From a virus: a DNA stretch of 40,445 nucleotides. This document shows, piece by piece, positions 39,822-40,445 of the stretch; position 1 is the first letter of the stretch; every line of letters starts with the position of its first letter. The position numbers and the translations under genes were made by a program. The notes below the pieces were generated by a model. It made no database searches, had not been told where the DNA came from, and worked only from the letters and a program-made list of their open reading frames with translations. Where the stretch lies: positions 1-40,445 of the IMG/VR virus record IMGVR_UViG_3300037882_000671. The stretch is one strand, 5' to 3'.

Positions 39822-40445
39822 GTGACAAAAAAGAAAATAGAGAAGTTGACTAAAGCACAAGAGCAAAGGATGAAATCAGTCCTTTCAGAATGGCTTGCTA
39901 TTGGCCGGGACACTCATACCATTGATAGAAAAGAAGCGGAGAAATCTGTGGCTGCATTCTATGAAAAAATAGGAAAGCCAAAACCAATATTTTTTTGGAT
40001 GCCATCACCGCTACAATGTATGTTGGCTATTGCTGCAACACGGATGATTGCCAAAGATAAAGAAAAAATTTTAGGGGACAACCTCAGGGACAACCTCTGG
40101 GCCAACCTCAGGGCCAACCTCGGGGACAACCTCAGGGACAACCTCGGGGACAACCTCAGGGCCAACCTCGGGGACAACCTCAGGGACAACCTCGGGGACA
40201 ACCTCAGGGCCAACCTCGGGGCCAACCTCGGGGACAACCTCAGGGACAACCTCTGGGCCAACCTCGGGGACAACCTCGGGGCCAACCTCGGGGACAACCT
40301 CAGGGACAACCTCTGGGCCAACCTCTGGGCCAACCTCAGGGCCAACCTCGGGGCCAACCTCTCGGCCAACCTCGGGGCCAACCTCAGGGACAACCTCTGG
40401 GCCAACCTCGGGGACAACCTCTGGGCCAACCTCGGGGACAACCTC
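39822..40445 (+). CDS. 5' part of the tetrapeptide-repeat protein: 83-aa N-domain plus repeats. Runs off the window end and continues at 2..865.
   Basis: GTG 39822 after AAGGGGG. No stop up to 40445. N-domain motif ..EWLAIGRDTHTIDRKEAEKSVAAFYEKIGKPKPIFFWMPSP.. Confidence 0.8.
   Translation, partial: MTKKKIEKLTKAQEQRMKSVLSEWLAIGRDTHTIDRKEAEKSVAAFYEKIGKPKPIFFWMPSPLQCMLAIAATRMIAKDKEKILGDNLRDNLWANLRANLGDNLRDNLGDNLRANLGDNLRDNLGDNLRANLGANLGDNLRDNLWANLGDNLGANLGDNLRDNLWANLWANLRANLGANLSANLGANLRDNLWANLGDNLWANLGDNL
40071..40445 (+). repeat. Tandem in-frame 12-bp repeat, 31 units plus 3 nt. The last 76 bp are identical to 1-76.
   Basis: Parsed codon by codon: GD RD WA RA GD RD GD RA GD RD GD RA GA GD RD WA GD GA GD RD WA WA RA GA SA GA RD WA GD WA GD. 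Confidence 0.97.

Noticed and set aside
39959-40441. 160-aa - strand ORF (MSPRLAQRLSPRLAQRLSLRLAP...) covering the repeat array.
   Set aside because: It is the antisense reading of the 12-bp repeat. It has no unique N- or C-terminal domain beyond a few residues. The + frame links conserved-looking N- and C-domains and continues across the junction.

Overview
My reading is that this window is one complete dsDNA tailed-phage genome of about 40.4 kb with a podovirus-like gene set, linearised inside a gene. Bases 1-76 are identical to 40370-40445, so the unique length is about 40,369 bp.

Two divergent transcription arms leave a promoter region at 34.19-34.33 kb.

Leftward arm (- strand, 34185 down to 7480), in order:
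- Cro/YdaS-like regulator, zinc-ribbon ORF, VRR-NUC nuclease, small HTH protein, HNH endonuclease
- replication initiator carrying iteron-like repeats
- putative small terminase, large terminase, portal, scaffold, and a 44-aa secreted Cys peptide
- major capsid, then fibre and tail genes
- a GNAT-like gene and internal virion proteins, one with a peptidase-S74 chaperone domain and one with an SLT lytic transglycosylase domain
- a second fibre set
- lysis cassette (GH24 endolysin, 3-TM holin) and a pectate-lyase-fold depolymerase

Rightward arm (+ strand, 34356 to 40445, continuing 1 to 7477), about 45 mostly small, translationally coupled ORFs, including:
- an AAA_24/Sak4-like ATPase and a DUF669-type SSB
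- a tetrapeptide-repeat protein that spans the window junction
- a C5-methyltransferase-like gene broken at a C8 tract
- a 1.5-kb A+T-rich accessory island holding a reverse-strand membrane protein and an IS remnant
- a promoter-driven small-ORF operon ending in an XRE HTH gene

I recognised no integrase, DNA or RNA polymerase, tRNA or CRISPR array.

All functional calls come from motif recognition by eye on the supplied translations. No database search or computation was run. Start codons are chosen from SD motifs and ATGA/TAATG overlaps, and are less certain than stop codons.
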